A stretch of DNA of 64,000 nt, from positions 1,502,412-1,566,411 of the forward strand of contig OZ316895.1 of NCBI GenBank assembly GCA_973895155.1, written 5' to 3'. The notes under the pieces are model-generated. The model saw only the letters and a list, made by a program, of their open reading frames with translations. It was not told where the DNA came from and did not search any database. This DNA is from Marsupella aquatica. Taxonomy: Eukaryota > Plantae > Marchantiophyta. A program made the translations under genes and the position numbers. Below are positions 26,590-40,046 of the stretch, in pieces; position 1 is the first letter of the stretch; the number at the start of each line of letters is the position of its first letter.

Positions 26590-27234
26590 GGTGAACTCTT
26601 CCTGAAGCTGTTCCCAATCTCCCCGCAGAAAACGATGGATACGAGAGGCAGTCTCACGATGACCCACGCGACCACCGTGACTAGGGAGGGTAAGAGTCCA
26701 CTGTGGAAAAAGCATGAGTAAAGACCAATAGGAGACCTCGATAGGATGCGCCAAGATAAGCTGCATGAGTTGCAACAAGGATGACCGAACTAATGGGCGC
26801 AACGCTAGTGGGATGTGGTTATAAAGGCGAGGTCTAATGTACCCTGGATGGTAGGCTAGAAGGGGGTCTAGAGAGCGAACCCAACTCCATACCTGCTCGG
26901 AAGCCTCCAAGGAAGGAGGGGCAGAGCTAACTAGGTCAAGAGGGGGCTGGGGCTGGGATTGGGCTTGCTGGCGACGTTGGCACCGGCCCCGCCCGCGGTG
27001 ATGAGGAAGGGAGAGACCAACCCAGCCACACTCAGGACAAGTATGCAGGGGACGCTCGTCTGGGGAGGGAGCAGGGAATGACTGGACATGAGGTGGGGGG
27101 GAACCGACGTGGATGAAGAGGCCGGAGGGGGATCCTGGAGGGGTGGAGGGGAATGGGCTGGGGAGAGGAGCCAGGGCATCGATGGGGTGGGCAGTAGACT
27201 GGGGGGACTAGCAGAACATCGGGCATGGGGTCAT
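26590..27234 (-). pseudogene. Inverted N-terminal ORF segment of the CRE-like element
   Basis: One frame with a single TAG (27208-27210): MTPCPMFC*SPQS...RPLHTCPECGWVGLSLPHHRGRGRC (Zn-finger-like)...SYWSLLMLFPQWTL...GGRVGHRETASRIHRFLRGDWEQL. The last motif is typical of the region just before RT in CRE-type ORFs. Confidence 0.65.
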
Positions 27235-28388
27235 CACGAAGATGAGAGAGATCCAATGAAGAAGAGCAAACACGAAGGCGACCACGAGGTGGGGGGGAGG
27301 AGGGGGGAGAACTGTGTGGGGGCTGGGCGCTTGCCCCGCGCCAACACTCTCAACGTAGACATGACAGGTCGCAACCCGATAAAAGCAAAAGCGCATCAAG
27401 AAGCGACAAAAGGCCCAACCAAGACATGTGAAAAGAAAGGGAAGGCTATGGAGAGAGCCCACCGCGTCAAAATCCGAGAAGCGGCGCCACCGCTAGCCTA
27501 GAAAACCGTTGAGCACGTGCAGGTACAGCCGGGAACAAAGCTGGAGCTCTCGTCGATGTGTCCGTTGAGGAGTCGATGCGAGTGAATATCTCTCCGCTGA
27601 TTTGAGCGTGCTGCTACAGCTCCCAAAGACGGTGGAATGCAAACTGGTCCACTAAACTTGGCTAAAATCACCTTGTCAGAACTGAAGAAGAAAGGCAACC
27701 ACCAATCGGAGGAGAAACGTGGCAAGACAGGAATGCTCCAAAGCTGATCAAGGGAAACCGTCACCAAAAATGGAGGAGTAAATCAGAATCGTAATCGGAG
27801 CCGAAAGTGGTTGATATGTCACCAAAAGGACCGTGGTAGGGATAGATGTTGCACTCCCGGACAAGAGAAATCACATGAGAATGCCGGATTCCGTGAACGA
27901 GGAACTGCTACAGGACCCCAAAGCTAATTGAAAGTGAGAACGGTGGAAATTGAAGAAAAAACGTGAGAGCTAATCAAAGTCCAATCGGGGCAATAGGAGA
28001 CCAATTGGACCGCTCTTGGGATCAATCTGATGCTCTCGGAGAAGAGCTATACAAAGCACTTGAGAAATCTGAAATCCGTGAAAGATTGACCGAGATATGA
28101 CCATCGAAAGGAAGACGAAAATCGCAGAAAAACGACTGAAAAATGGCGAAAACGAATGTGACCATAAGTATGTCGATACGACACCGTTTGGACGTGTTTT
28201 ATATCGATTTGATGCGCCTCGGCAAGAGCAAGCTAATGCAACTGAGAAAACTGGATTCCGAGAAAAACTGAGTGCGGGAGGGTAGTCGAAGTGGCGCAAA
28301 AACTGTGCTACAGACTGAACTCCATAGCCAGGAGCTCAAAGACCTAAAACCTAATCTAATTGCCCCCACCCACTCGCTCACTCACCCT

Positions 28389-29321
28389 GCGTTACCTTCA
28401 TTCCAGGAGTTTTTATCCTTGGACCCCGTCCGTCTTCAGGCAGACCTTGCTGGGCGTATGCACGCTTTCACCCTTTCCAACAACCTCACCGAGGCACCTG
28501 ACACGGACCGAGCTCGGATTCTTTCTTCCGGAGGGAAGGGCGCAGGAGGCTGGCTTCAGGCCAATCCAGTCATTCCTCACCTGCGGATGTCTTCAGCGGA
28601 GTTTGCGACAGCCATGCGTCTTCGTATGGGCTTGCCCCACCCACTTCTTGCTGGTTTGCCTCCTACTTGCACTTGTGGGAAGCCTTGTGATGCCACAGGT
28701 GTCCATCTTCTTCGATGCAGTTTGGGCGGCGAAACCATTTTTGTTCACGATGCTGTGAGAGATGCGACTGCTCAGGTTCTCTCTGGCTCTTTGGTCTGCG
28801 CGCGACGGGAGGTGGTGCTCGAGTTACCTGGTCCTCCATCACAGCGGTTACGGGTGGATCTTACCATGGTCCGTGACGGTCACCGTACTTTGGCAGATGT
28901 AGTGGTGGCCAACCCATTGCGCAATGACATCATTGGGACAGCGGCAACAACGACAGGGGCAGCAGCATCACGAGCAGCAACAACGAAGGAGGCCATATAT
29001 GCTACACGAGCGTCATCTGATAGCTTCCTGCCCCTTGCTCTTGAGATATTTGGGCGTCTCCATCATCAGTTCGACGGGCTTCTTCACCAAGCTGCTCGGG
29101 ATGTTCACGGCCGGATGGGTCCCACCGGGCCCCCGCTATCTGTTTTGACCACACACTTTCGCCAACGCATTTCAGTCACCTTACAGCGTGCTCAAGCTCG
29201 GGCCATCTATCGTCGATCTCTGACAGTGGGTGCTAGTGTGACTCCGCAGCGGCTAGCCCCCCTCGAGGACATTCCTGTCCCACTTGCCAATCTAGTTTCG
29301 ACACTTGATGTAGACCACTAG
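28389..29321 (+). pseudogene. C-terminal CCHC + restriction-like endonuclease (RLE) domain of a CRE-type retrotransposon, 5'-truncated
   Basis: ARILSSGGKGAGGWL, FATAMRLRMGL, CTCGKPCDATGVHLLRC (C-x-C-x8-H-x3-C), VHDAVRD, RVDL, LADVVV, KEAIY, FLPLALEIFG and RISVTLQRAQA appear in the standard CRE/R2-type RLE motif order. The frame is uninterrupted. Confidence 0.88.
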
Positions 29322-30635
29322 CTTGTTGCCACATTTGCTAGGTATGATGAGGACCTCGGTCCATTTGCGGTAGTTTTAGTTCCTCTTTCTTGGTTTTTAG
29401 TGATTTTTTTTTTGCTCACTTCTTTTAGTTCCTCTTTCTTGGTTTTTAGGGTTTACTTTTGCTCACTTTTTTTGCGTTTGGTTTTGTCCACTTGGGACCT
29501 CTCTTGTTTATTCTTTTGTACTCTATTTGGCTTTTTTCTGTAAAAAGTATGTGTATATTATTCTAGGGTGGGTTGTACCGACGGATTTTGTATATCTAGT
29601 TGACACATATGGCTCAATGCAAAGTTGAAATGTGGTCTACTTGGACCCTTGTCCCTCTTTGTTTTGGAATTGCAAACCAATCAATTGTTGTCATTTGTTC
29701 TTGCCAGGATGTGTGAGAGGGACACGTGTGATTTCGTTGTAGCTTACTCGTGTGGGAAAATTATAAACAATTTAGCATTGATTATGGCGCACAATCTGTT
29801 TCAGTTGTATTGCACATGTTTCAATGTAACGTTTCATATTCGAAGTACTTCGTTGAACATATACACATTGCAACTTTCCATTGACAGAATCCAGCACCAA
29901 TACCTCGAATGTTGAATCTCATAAATATTGCCATTTACAAATGAATATATTCATTTTTAAAATGGCAGATCATATAATTTTAAAGACTTGTTCTCTCTAT
30001 GACAGTATGACTCATTCTTGTGTCGGTAAAAACTAGCCTAGCTGGCATAGGCCGATTTTCTCACAACCATCTTACCAATCCGTAACTGACATGTGTTTGG
30101 AAATTGCGATTAACCCAAAGGCACAACTTGAAGTTTGTGTGTTGTACGACCATGCACGGGGCTCAATGACATACTTACTGACTGACTTGGAATTTACTTG
30201 CCCGTGAAGTATATTGCTGGTTTAGGACAAAATATAAATAATAATAAACTTATAAACTTGAGAGTGTGGGAACTGGTACAGTGGTACCAAAACACCCACA
30301 GTCAATTCGAGGTCGGGAAGACACATCAAGTGCTACGTGGCGCTGCTCGTGGGAAGGCTTTGAATTCCTTTTTTTTATTTGGCTCCTGGGGAGTCTTCGT
30401 CCCGAGGCAACTTGAGGAATAAGTGGCCACCTGGCCCTTTTCTTCCTCACACTTTTTGGGCCTCTTCGGTTTTGTCGGGCCCTTTCCCTTTCTCCTTCCA
30501 ATACTCTTCGGTTTTCTCGGGGCCTTTTCCTTTCTCCTCCCTTTATTGGGTTTTTTTTCTTCCGAGTTTGGCGTAAATTTGGCTATGTTATGAATTTCTA
30601 TTATTGTTATGTTTTTTTAAGGGAAAATCTATGAA

Positions 30636-30722
30636 ACTCCACACAAAGGGAAGAGTCACCCACAATAGTTGAACCCAAGACCTATCAGTCTGGACTCAAG
30701 TGAACTACCACAAAGTCATGCC
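30636..30722 (-). mobile_element. Possible degenerate tRNA-derived SINE head
   Basis: Reverse complement GGCATGACTTTGTGGTAGTTCACTTGAGTCCAGACTGATAGGTCTTGGGTTCAACT has box A-like and box B-like motifs at tRNA-like spacing. Confidence 0.25.
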
Positions 30723-33700
30723 TATGTGGACACTATGTTATGATTTTTGCCCAACTGAAAAATAGATCAAGCTAGTGTCACAAATTAGGCTAGGCAATAG
30801 AATTTCCCTACCAATAGCTATGAGCAAATATAATAAATGATAATGATAACTACAAATCTTGCTACTAGCCTTCCTCACTGACTATTCACCCCAAAAGTCA
30901 TCTTCCCTACTGTAACAATTGCAAGCCTCGGGGCCTTGCTCCATCCCATATCACGCACAAATTTTTCAAGTAATAAACACACTAAAACCAAATAAAATTG
31001 TATAAATTTTTATTATTTTTAAAGTCCTAAGACTCTATGAATATTCTTCAATTTGGTTATTAAAATCCCTGGTACCAACTTTGGTCCTTAGCTTATGGTT
31101 TGTCCCTTTAACCATAGAACTTTATCAGGTCTGTTTGGCCTACTCTACATGCACATGTTGGTGTAAGTGGGAATGTTGGTCACAACAATGCCTCATGGTC
31201 TTCGAACAGAGTTTGGGCCAAAAGTTATGTCCAACTGACCAACTAGCTGGGTCCAAGCCTGACAATACAATATCTCTAGTTTAAACAAATTGGAAAGCCA
31301 AAATGAGACAGAATTTTGGCTAGGAAAAAATATTACATGCTTTCAGATAAAGAGAGGAATTCATTGGCATAAGTAGGGGTATCTAGAAGTTCTCCAAGGG
31401 CCTCGCTTGTTTTGTTCCAACCCATCTTTGAGTAAATAAGTTAGGAGTTCTTTAATTCAGTCGGATGATTCAAAACACTTTTTAAAAAATTATTGAACTT
31501 GAAAAGCATGGGTGTTTTCATCCAATTTTGAGAATTATAAGAACCATAATTATGGTTTTTAATACCAATTTGAGATTATTCAAAGAATATTTGATAAAGA
31601 TAGGGGTTTACTTAAAGAATAGTTCAAATTAATTGATTTTCTTACGTGAAGGTGTTTCTTACTTGAAACCTTTGAGCTTGATATGGGATCTCCTTTGGGG
31701 TGAGGCCCCCGAGGGAAGTTCATGAACCAAAAAAATTAGAAGTAACTATCCCTTTAGCCTTCACATCCACCATTGATCTACTGGAATGTACTAGCAGACT
31801 AACACTAAGTAACCAAGGTTATATTGTAACGAGGATTGTAAACCATGACATATATAATTATAAGGACATGCCACTAAGTACCATAGTGATTTGAGATGGG
31901 GTGTATTTTTAAACGACGCTCTCAATGATCTTCGGAGGACAGTTGCTTCCCCCACTTGCAATGCTGGTTTGGGCTTGCTACTTATGCTGCTTTGGACTGC
32001 CCCAAACACTTCTTCCTCCTCCTACTTTTCTGGGGGCTTGTTGGACTTGTCTTTTTGGACTTCCTGGATCTCTTTGCAGTACTCTTATTATACCTGTGAT
32101 TTTCATGCAAAACAAATCATTTATGGAACATAAAGAAACCAAATACCCCGTCAATCAAATTCAGACAATGGAAGCCCCCAAGTTGAGGGAATGACCATAA
32201 ATTATATCTGGACCATTCAGTCTTGGACCATGAAGACTGAAATCTCAATTTTGTTTGTCATCCTTCAGTGCTAGTGATGCAAATCTTTGTATTTGATTTC
32301 CCAAAGAGACCTGTGTTCTAGCGTGTTTGGGGTTCTCCCAGGTTTCTTTGAATATAGGAGAGCCTTCTCACAAGGGCATTGTATATCCTAGATAAAGCCA
32401 AAGGCTGCTTGAGGTGTGCTCTCAGCACATTATCCTTGTGGAAGGGCTTTGAACACGGTGCTTGGACCCAAACTCAGATTTTTCTTATTTTTGAAATGTG
32501 TGTTAGCTGAAAACCTGCCTTGGCAACTTGAAAGCATTGCACCACACAACATGTGTCATCCTCTAGACTAAACACTTATAACAAATCAACATAGTACTAG
32601 TTGATCCTTGACTATAATTATCCAGACAACATATATGTCAAGCCATCAAAAACATTTGTCGAGCTTGGAGCCGCTTAAAGATCAATATAAATTTGCAATT
32701 GGATAACATGGTGCATAGTTGCACAACTGATTGGACCTTCCAAACCATGTCATCACATCCTTCTAACATAGACACACTTCAAAAGATCGGCTGACCTGCA
32801 ATCACATCAAATATCATTGCTATTAATGTTTGCTACAAAGAAACATAATCTCCAGCATATATACAATACTAAATCTGTGTGAGATATTAGTTACCTCATC
32901 CACAAATAGAGCAATACACAAACTAAGTATCATAATGTTGGACATTGGCTAAGTACGTTGTTAAAGGCTAAGTATGGTGTCACTCTTGAAAAACTTGAAT
33001 GTCTTGATAAAATATTTGAATGTCTTGGCAGAATATATAAAGAGTACTCATATAATAAAAGAGAAAATTTGAATGTCTTGAAAAACTACTTGAGTCTAAT
33101 ACTTTGGTAAAGTATCTGCTGGATTAAGCTTTAGTGGTGGACCTCCCACCACGTGCCCATCCAATTCGTTTCTCAGTCTTGAAACAAGTTAAACCTTGCA
33201 CTAACACAGAACGTTAGGGCAAGTTCCATTTGACTATATTTCTTGTTACCACTCACATACAAAGTTACACTTGCCCTTGTCAGCACAACCGTCGCTCAAT
33301 GGTCTTTATTATCTGCATAAGCAACCAACCGATCGGTAAGTAACCCGTCTTGATCTTGAAACTCCCAAGATCATTGTCTTGCATCAAGCTCAACAATTGT
33401 TAGTAAGTATGTCAGCGGATAGAACCTCCCATGCCCGCATGGCCTTGCCATAAGCAAAAGCTAAGGTTGACAATATTGTTCGTCCGGAATAGTCTGTTTA
33501 TCGGATGTCGCCCAAGCTTTTCCACTTTCTACCCATCAATGGTTGACCACCCTGCCTTCAGGACATGCCCATAGCCCAAACTCAGTTTGTCACAAACAAG
33601 TAGTAACACGTCTTGGGATCACTCAATTTCTAGTTCTTAGCCACCTCTCATCGAAATCAGGTTCTGCTCAAACTCTCACCGTGCATTGGAACTAGATCTC

Positions 33701-34529
33701 AATGGCACCCTCCACAGTCTACTTGGTTCTACCTCCCTAGCATCAGGTCCCCGTGGGAACCAATGCAATTTTGGATGAGCAAGAGGAATTCCCCCCATTG
33801 CAAGCCTCAAAACCAAAACTATTCAATGCACAATTAGAAAGCACCATGAGGGAGATTTCCAATGAGCCCAAGCATTTCCCCAATGGAGATTCAGTTGTCA
33901 AGTTATGTATGTTTCCACTCCAAAACTCAAAATGACGTATCCTTGTCGATTGTGATGAGCTTGAGCTGAAACTTGAGGGGACCACTCCCCTTATATATGC
34001 TTATGGGGATCTGTCATCCCCGGACCAGCTTTGGCCCCCTATCTTTGGCCCCCTACTCGAGGGTTTGTGGGCCCCGCCATTTAGCTCAAAACAAAGATAA
34101 TAAAAAATGTTTCGCAACTTGGCCTCAAGCACAAATTGTGGCATAGGGGGCCAGAAGTTATGGCCCCTAGGTCCGTTGGTCAAGAAATATGCGGCCCCAT
34201 GATAGGGCTCATGTGAAGCTTTTCTGGCACCTACGGTAATCCATTGAAAAAATAGTTCATTTTTCCATGATTGGCAACGGCTTGATAGAGCTATCTTGGA
34301 GCGCGCTTTTCTCAAGTCTTGTCCTTGCTCTTACTAGCCTCCTTTTTGTTAGTTGCATCCCTAATGGCCATGATGGTAGCAAATTTGAGAGGGGCTCAAC
34401 GCTGGAATTAGGCAACGTCAGAGCGATTACAAGTAGGTGAAATTTGCATTCGCAACTGCTTTCCATCAATCTTGAAAAGCTCAAATTAATCAAAAAATAA
34501 TGTTTGTCAGATGAAATGATAACAAACAT

Positions 34530-35345
34530 TGATGTACTTCATCCAACCATGATTCTTGTCATCCATCACTTGATTCTTGGCAATATAAATTGCACTTTGA
34601 CTATCACAATAAAGATACACATAATCATGTGCTAGACCCATCCTTGTGACAAGATTTTTTAACCAAATAGTACATGTCTTTTTCAACCAACATACTTAAC
34701 ATCCATAATTATAGACTTTGCAACTTACATACTTTTGGAGAGTAGATTAACAAATGCATCCAAGTCTAGCAAATGTAAATACATATCCAATAAACCCTTC
34801 TCAGTGGAATCTCTGATGTAGTGGAAAATTTATTTCACTCCTTTCAAGTGAAGTTTTCCTGGTTTGCCATGTATCCGCTTATCTTGCAAACAACGTAAGC
34901 TATGTTTGGCAGGGTACATACCATGAGATACAAAAACTACCCACAACACTCTCACAAGGAACATTGGACATCAAACCTTAGTCTTTCTTGTTGCATTTAA
35001 TGGACAATAAGTTATAGAAATATTAAAATGCCTTGCAAAAAGAACACTCACAGTCTTGGAATTTGCCATGTTAAATTTTGAGAGCACCTTTTGTACATAT
35101 ATTGTTGCGTTAGCCAAAGTTTGATTTTGTTTACATCCTTGATAATCTTGATGCCTAAGATGCTCTTGGCTATGCCTAAGTCCTTCATGTTAAACTCAAA
35201 ATTGAGTTGGGCCGTGAGTTTTTCAACTTTATCCTATCCCTTGCTGCAATGAGCACGTCATCCACATAAAGTACTAGGAGGACAAACTTAACACCTGCGC
35301 TATTCACACGCCTAATGTAAACACATGGATCTACACACTTTTCAC
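34530..35345 (-). mobile_element. Ty1/copia LTR retrotransposon RT-RNaseH remnant (frameshifted)
   Basis: The minus strand reads DPCVYIRR, LLVLYVDDVLIAA, FEFNMKDLGIAKSILGIKI, YVQKVLSKFNM, YLMVCTLPNIAYVV and YCDSQSAIYIAKNQV, with stops and frameshifts between blocks. Confidence 0.9.
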
Positions 35346-37499
35346 AAATCTAAGTGATCATTTATATGAGGCAATCAAGAGGGTTTGTGCGAAAGGGAAA
35401 GGAAAATTAAATATGAAAATTGCTCAATTTCATATGAATTGGATTAAAGTAGAGTGATCATTAAATGGGTCATATACCAAGCATCAAATTGTCTAAGAAA
35501 GTTAGGGTGTTTGGTGTCATGTATGTCCATGGAGTGAAGAAGTTGTTACATGTTCTAATAATTGATCGCACACTTCTCATTATGCACTTGGTACACATGT
35601 ATTCCCCAAAATAGAAATTTTAATTTTTCCAAGATAATAGCTAAAAGTATGCATGGGTACAAGGTGAATGGGCATTTATGTTTTAGAGGCTAACCAATTT
35701 CCCCGCCAATTTCATGGGGTCTCAATTGCTATTGCTAGCATTGGAGGGTTACAGTTAAAAAGGATTTAAAAGGGCGTATTTTGAGAAGACCATTGGGACT
35801 CCAATAGGTAGTGGGGGGGGGGGGTAGGATAGGATAGACTAGGTTTTAGGCCCGATTTTTGGTATTCAAGTTTGGAGCTTAGGCTAGGGAGTCAAGGGAC
35901 AACCTGTTGCCCAATTATAGTGTTCAGTTCAAACACTTTGGAGCTTCAAACAGAGGCCAAAAGTTGGAGCTTGATGCCATAACAAGATCATAGGAGGATG
36001 GCATTGGCTAAGAGGATTTATGGTGGACCTTGGAGTGCATTGTGGAGGTCTTGGCGAGAATTATTTGTTTGCCATGGAGGTTTGTTGTAGTCCATTTTGG
36101 CTAGCATTTTTTCTGCCAATTCTGTTTAATTGTAAATTGTTGATCTAGTTGCATGAGAAGAGATTGAAAGAAAAAACCAAGAAGGGATGCGTGGTGAAGA
36201 AGGAAATGCAAAACTTGAGTTTTCAAATCCAAGAGCAAAGTTTGGGGACAAAACTCAACCAAAGATCTAGCTAATATCATGTGTTATGATTAACTCTTAG
36301 GTCTAGAGTTACGATTGTACCATAGTTAAAGTTAACCTTAGTCGCAAACTAGTTTAGGTTAGTCATGCTGCACACACACTATACCCAAGCGGTGTTTGCT
36401 TGGAGAGTGGGAACTCAGGCTTGTTACAGAGCAAGTTGAGAGATAAGGAGAGCTTGTGCTGTGGAAGCTTTGTATGGGACCTCAATCCGCCTAGAGTGCA
36501 GTAAAGCTCTAAGTCTTGTGTGTTCCTGTGGACGGAGCCTCATGTGGAGGTGAACCACATATCCCTCTATGTTGACTACTTGATTGTTGGATGGTCATGG
36601 GCATGTTGTTGTGAATGTTGTCAATGCTCAACAATATGGATGTAATCCTTCTTGAGAGCTTTTCAATGCACCCAGGTCTAAGTTCCCAAATGGACTTCTC
36701 ATTAAAGAGATATTGTCGTTTCCATGTTGTATCTCTCCTAGCTAGTAGCGCGACCATTGAGCTTCATGCCTTGGGCTTGCCCTTGGCCCATTGGAAAGCA
36801 CCACTCCCCTCATTTACACTTCCATTGACTTGCCACCCTAGACCAACTTTGGTCCCAGGCCCTGTATTTGGCCCCCTACTAGGACTCCAACCAACTAGGT
36901 CGAGAGAAACTTGCTTGGCCCATAATTTCCTTGTTAGGTAGCCATAGAGGAAGTGCCACAACACGTTGTGACCAGGCCAATAAGGATCTCATGCTTGGAA
37001 CCCTAGGACTCATTGTGTGTTTGGCCCCTGGTCTGCCCATACTTAGTCTCCTCATACTTAGTCCCATTCGGATGGCCATGATCCTGATGTCTGGACCATT
37101 ATAGAGTAGCTTTGTGTTGGAGCTAAGCGATAGAGTAGTCAAATTCCACAATTGTAGAGAATTGGTGTCTTTGGATAGGCACCCGATAGTGACCAGTTTC
37201 CCATTCAGAGTGTATATATGGTACCCACCATGCTCAATTGTTTGAGAGTTTAGAGTGTGAGATAGGCAAGTTGATGGTTGGACAACCATGGAAGAATATG
37301 TACACTTATTTAGTTTCATGGCCTATGGACTGTACAGGAGATGTGTGATACAGGGACTATCAAGTGGAGAGGCAGAGTAAATTGCATCAAGTGAAAAGGC
37401 AAAGCTACTTACACAATCATAGAATTTTGGGCTCTAGTTGGGGGTACTTATATTTTCTTCATTGGCCTTGTTTAATAATTAGAACCAAAACTCTACTTA

Positions 37500-37636
37500 A
37501 AAATTTTTAGGGGAAAAAAATCAGTTTAAATGATCAATTTAGTAAGCAAGGGTGAATTTGTTTTCACTAATCAGCTAGGGGGTCAAGACCCAAAAACGTT
37601 GCACACAATGTAAGACCCTCCATCCACTGACCCACC
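37500..37636 (+). mobile_element. Degenerate partial copy of the 57426-57753 MITE family
   Basis: AGGGGGTCAAGACCCAAAAACGTTGCACACAATGTAAGACCCTCCATCCACTGACCCACC resembles the MITE right end AGGGGGGTCAAACCCTAAAACGTCGCACGCGATGTATGACCCTCCATATAGTGACCCCCC. Confidence 0.6.
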
Positions 37637-39060
37637 AAAGGACTGCAATACGGAAGCATCACATTGCACATGATGTCAATATCAATGGGCAATGAGGTTG
37701 CAACGCTATATGGTACCCAAGGCCTATCTACTCCCTCATATTGGAGTCACAAGACCCTCACAAGGTACATACTTATCATGTGTTGTGTGTGTGAACCCTC
37801 CATTGCTACAGTGTTTGCTGCATGCATATTTCCTTCTATCGATCATTAGGTCCATTAATCACATTATTGAATGCTGCCAAATCAACTTAATGGTGAAATT
37901 TAATTTAGGGCCTATTATCCTCCAAATTGCATTGATAATGTACTTAATTATGCATCTATGGGCAATCTGGCCCGCCATCTGGGTTGATATGGCACTGATT
38001 CATTTTAAATTCAAGAGTGAATCCCATTGGGTAAAGTTTGACACACCCCACTAATGCATCATACAACTCAACCTTCAATTTTATTGTTGAGAATGGCCCA
38101 GTGACACTTTCATATGTGAGCTATTTGTTTTGTGCTCCTCTTGAACTCACTCTGAGATTATCCTCTTGAACTCGGTCTGAGATCAAGGGCTAATTGAGTA
38201 ACATGTTGGATGGATGTAGGTCCTCCCATTGAAGTCTAGATAAGAAAGGACACTCCTCGAGATTGTGTGGATGCAATCCAAATCCAATATCATAAACATA
38301 CTCAACTTGAAGAGTTGACTAACAATATCCAACAACGCTTGCTCAGGCTCGCATATTGCTTCAAAAGACCCCACCAATCAAAAGATACCACTTCGATTGT
38401 CCAATAACACCACAACTCTAGCATCCTTACAAAAATGGCACATCACGTGGGACAAAGCATAGGGCCCGTTTAATAGATAATATATAGTTTTTGAGGAAAG
38501 ACTAAAAATTATTTGTTTAGTAACAATAGTAAGGGCATATTTAATTTGTAGGCTCACTCTTTAAGAACAATACCTAGGGCTATATATGTAATTTTTTTTC
38601 TCATGCTTGGGCCATTTGTGGGACTAGGTACACACGTGGTGGGAGGTGGTGCTCAATTTTCCTGGTCCTGAGTAGCAATGATTACGCATTGATCTTACCA
38701 TGGTCCAAGATGGCAAATGTACCTTAGCTGATGTTGTGGTGGCCAACTCTTTGTGTTAAGACATCATTGGAATAGGAAAACACAGGCATGGGCAGCAACC
38801 GAACGGACAACAACAAAAGAACACTAAGCAGTTTACAGCACAAGAGTCATAAAACAATTTCTCCCCTTTGCTATCGAGATATTTGGGAGGCTCCATTATC
38901 AGTTTGATGGGCTCCTTCAAAGGCAGCTTGAGAGATGCAATGACTGGAACCCAGACTGGAAGGTTCCATTGGACCACCACTATCCATTTTGACAACAAAC
39001 TTTTGATAACATATTTCAGTGACATTAAAGTGCCAGAGCTTGAGCCATCCATTTGAGATC

Positions 39061-39380
39061 TCTAGCCATGGGTACTGTCTAGTACACCTCAAGAGAGGCT
39101 TGCCCCACTTGTGGACTTAGTTATAAGACTATATATGCCTTGCAAGAGATGTTGACTATTAGCTCATGAGACCATTGCACTAGATGTGTATCTAGCCATG
39201 GGTACTAGTGCACCTCACGAGAGGCTTGCCCAAGCCACTTGTTGCCCCACTTCTAGACTGAGTTATAACACTAGATGTGGCAAGAGATGTGGACTATTAG
39301 CTCATCACACCATTGTGCTAGACTAGATGTGCATCATTTGTTGATCACATCATTAGCTCATCACACTATTGCACTAGTGT
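39061..39380. repeat. Degenerate ~130-bp tandem duplication plus partial copies
   Basis: TCTAGCCATGGGTACT...CACCTCA.GAGAGGCTTGCCC...AGTTATAA.ACTA...GCAAGAGATGT.GACTATTAGCTCAT...CCATTG occurs twice. Confidence 0.8.
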
Positions 39381-40046
39381 ATCTTGATCTTTTAATTTTT
39401 TTACACTTTCTAGGCTTTTGAGTTTTGCATTCATCACACTATTCTAATGGGAGATCTTTGATCTTTAAGGTTTTCCTCGTCCTAGGCTTTTGTGGTTTGC
39501 ATGTGCCCTATTCTCTTGGGTGGGGGGGGGGGGCGTTTGTCCTCCCTAGACCCCTTTTCCGTTTATTCCCTTGTACTGTGTTGGGTCCTTTTGAGAAAAA
39601 AATGGTCCTTTTTCTGTCTTTATGATTTCCGATAGAATGATATCCATTTCAACTTCCCTACATGACTTTTCTGTTATTGCATGGGCCTCTCTCTGTTGGC
39701 TGCACTTCCTCAAGTCTGTTGGAGCTTTAGGATTTGGCTATAGTAGTAGAGGAAGATTTATCGTTACGATACGATTTATTTATATATTTATTTAAGTTAT
39801 GGCTGAGGGTGGAGTTCTCTGCATGCACGGGGGTGTGCTACGAGCACAATCGTACTCCCAGTACCACCATAGCCTACTGTAGCCATGCAGTTTGTTTTAA
39901 TTGCCGCTGCCTCATAGATGAGTGACAATGTGACATTCTCCCCCAAAATAAGGCCAATTGCTTCGTCGACTCGGGACATAACAGTCCGCCATAGACACTT
40001 GACCTCATAGTTGACTAAGCAAAGTGTCACCCTTGTGGTACAGTAG

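Larger units (their letters stand above)
26563..29560 (+). mobile_element. CRE-clade (RLE-type) non-LTR retrotransposon copy with 5' inversion and RT deletion
   Basis: Flanked by identical 10-mers TTCTAGGGTG (26553-26562 and 29561-29570). The + strand 3' part encodes a CCHC knuckle and a restriction-like endonuclease, and is followed by a T-rich 3'UTR (29322-29560). The - strand part encodes the pre-RT N-terminal region. Confidence 0.8.

Noticed and set aside
28272-28388. N-terminal 39 codons of the 349-aa ORF
   Set aside because: GTG start reading through the inverted 5' end of the retroelement. It is a chance fusion at the inversion junction, not a real N-terminus.
32500-33700. Possible MULE SWIM or retroelement coding remnants
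   Set aside because: Only faint fragments (for example SLEDDTCCVWC) are visible, too degenerate to call.
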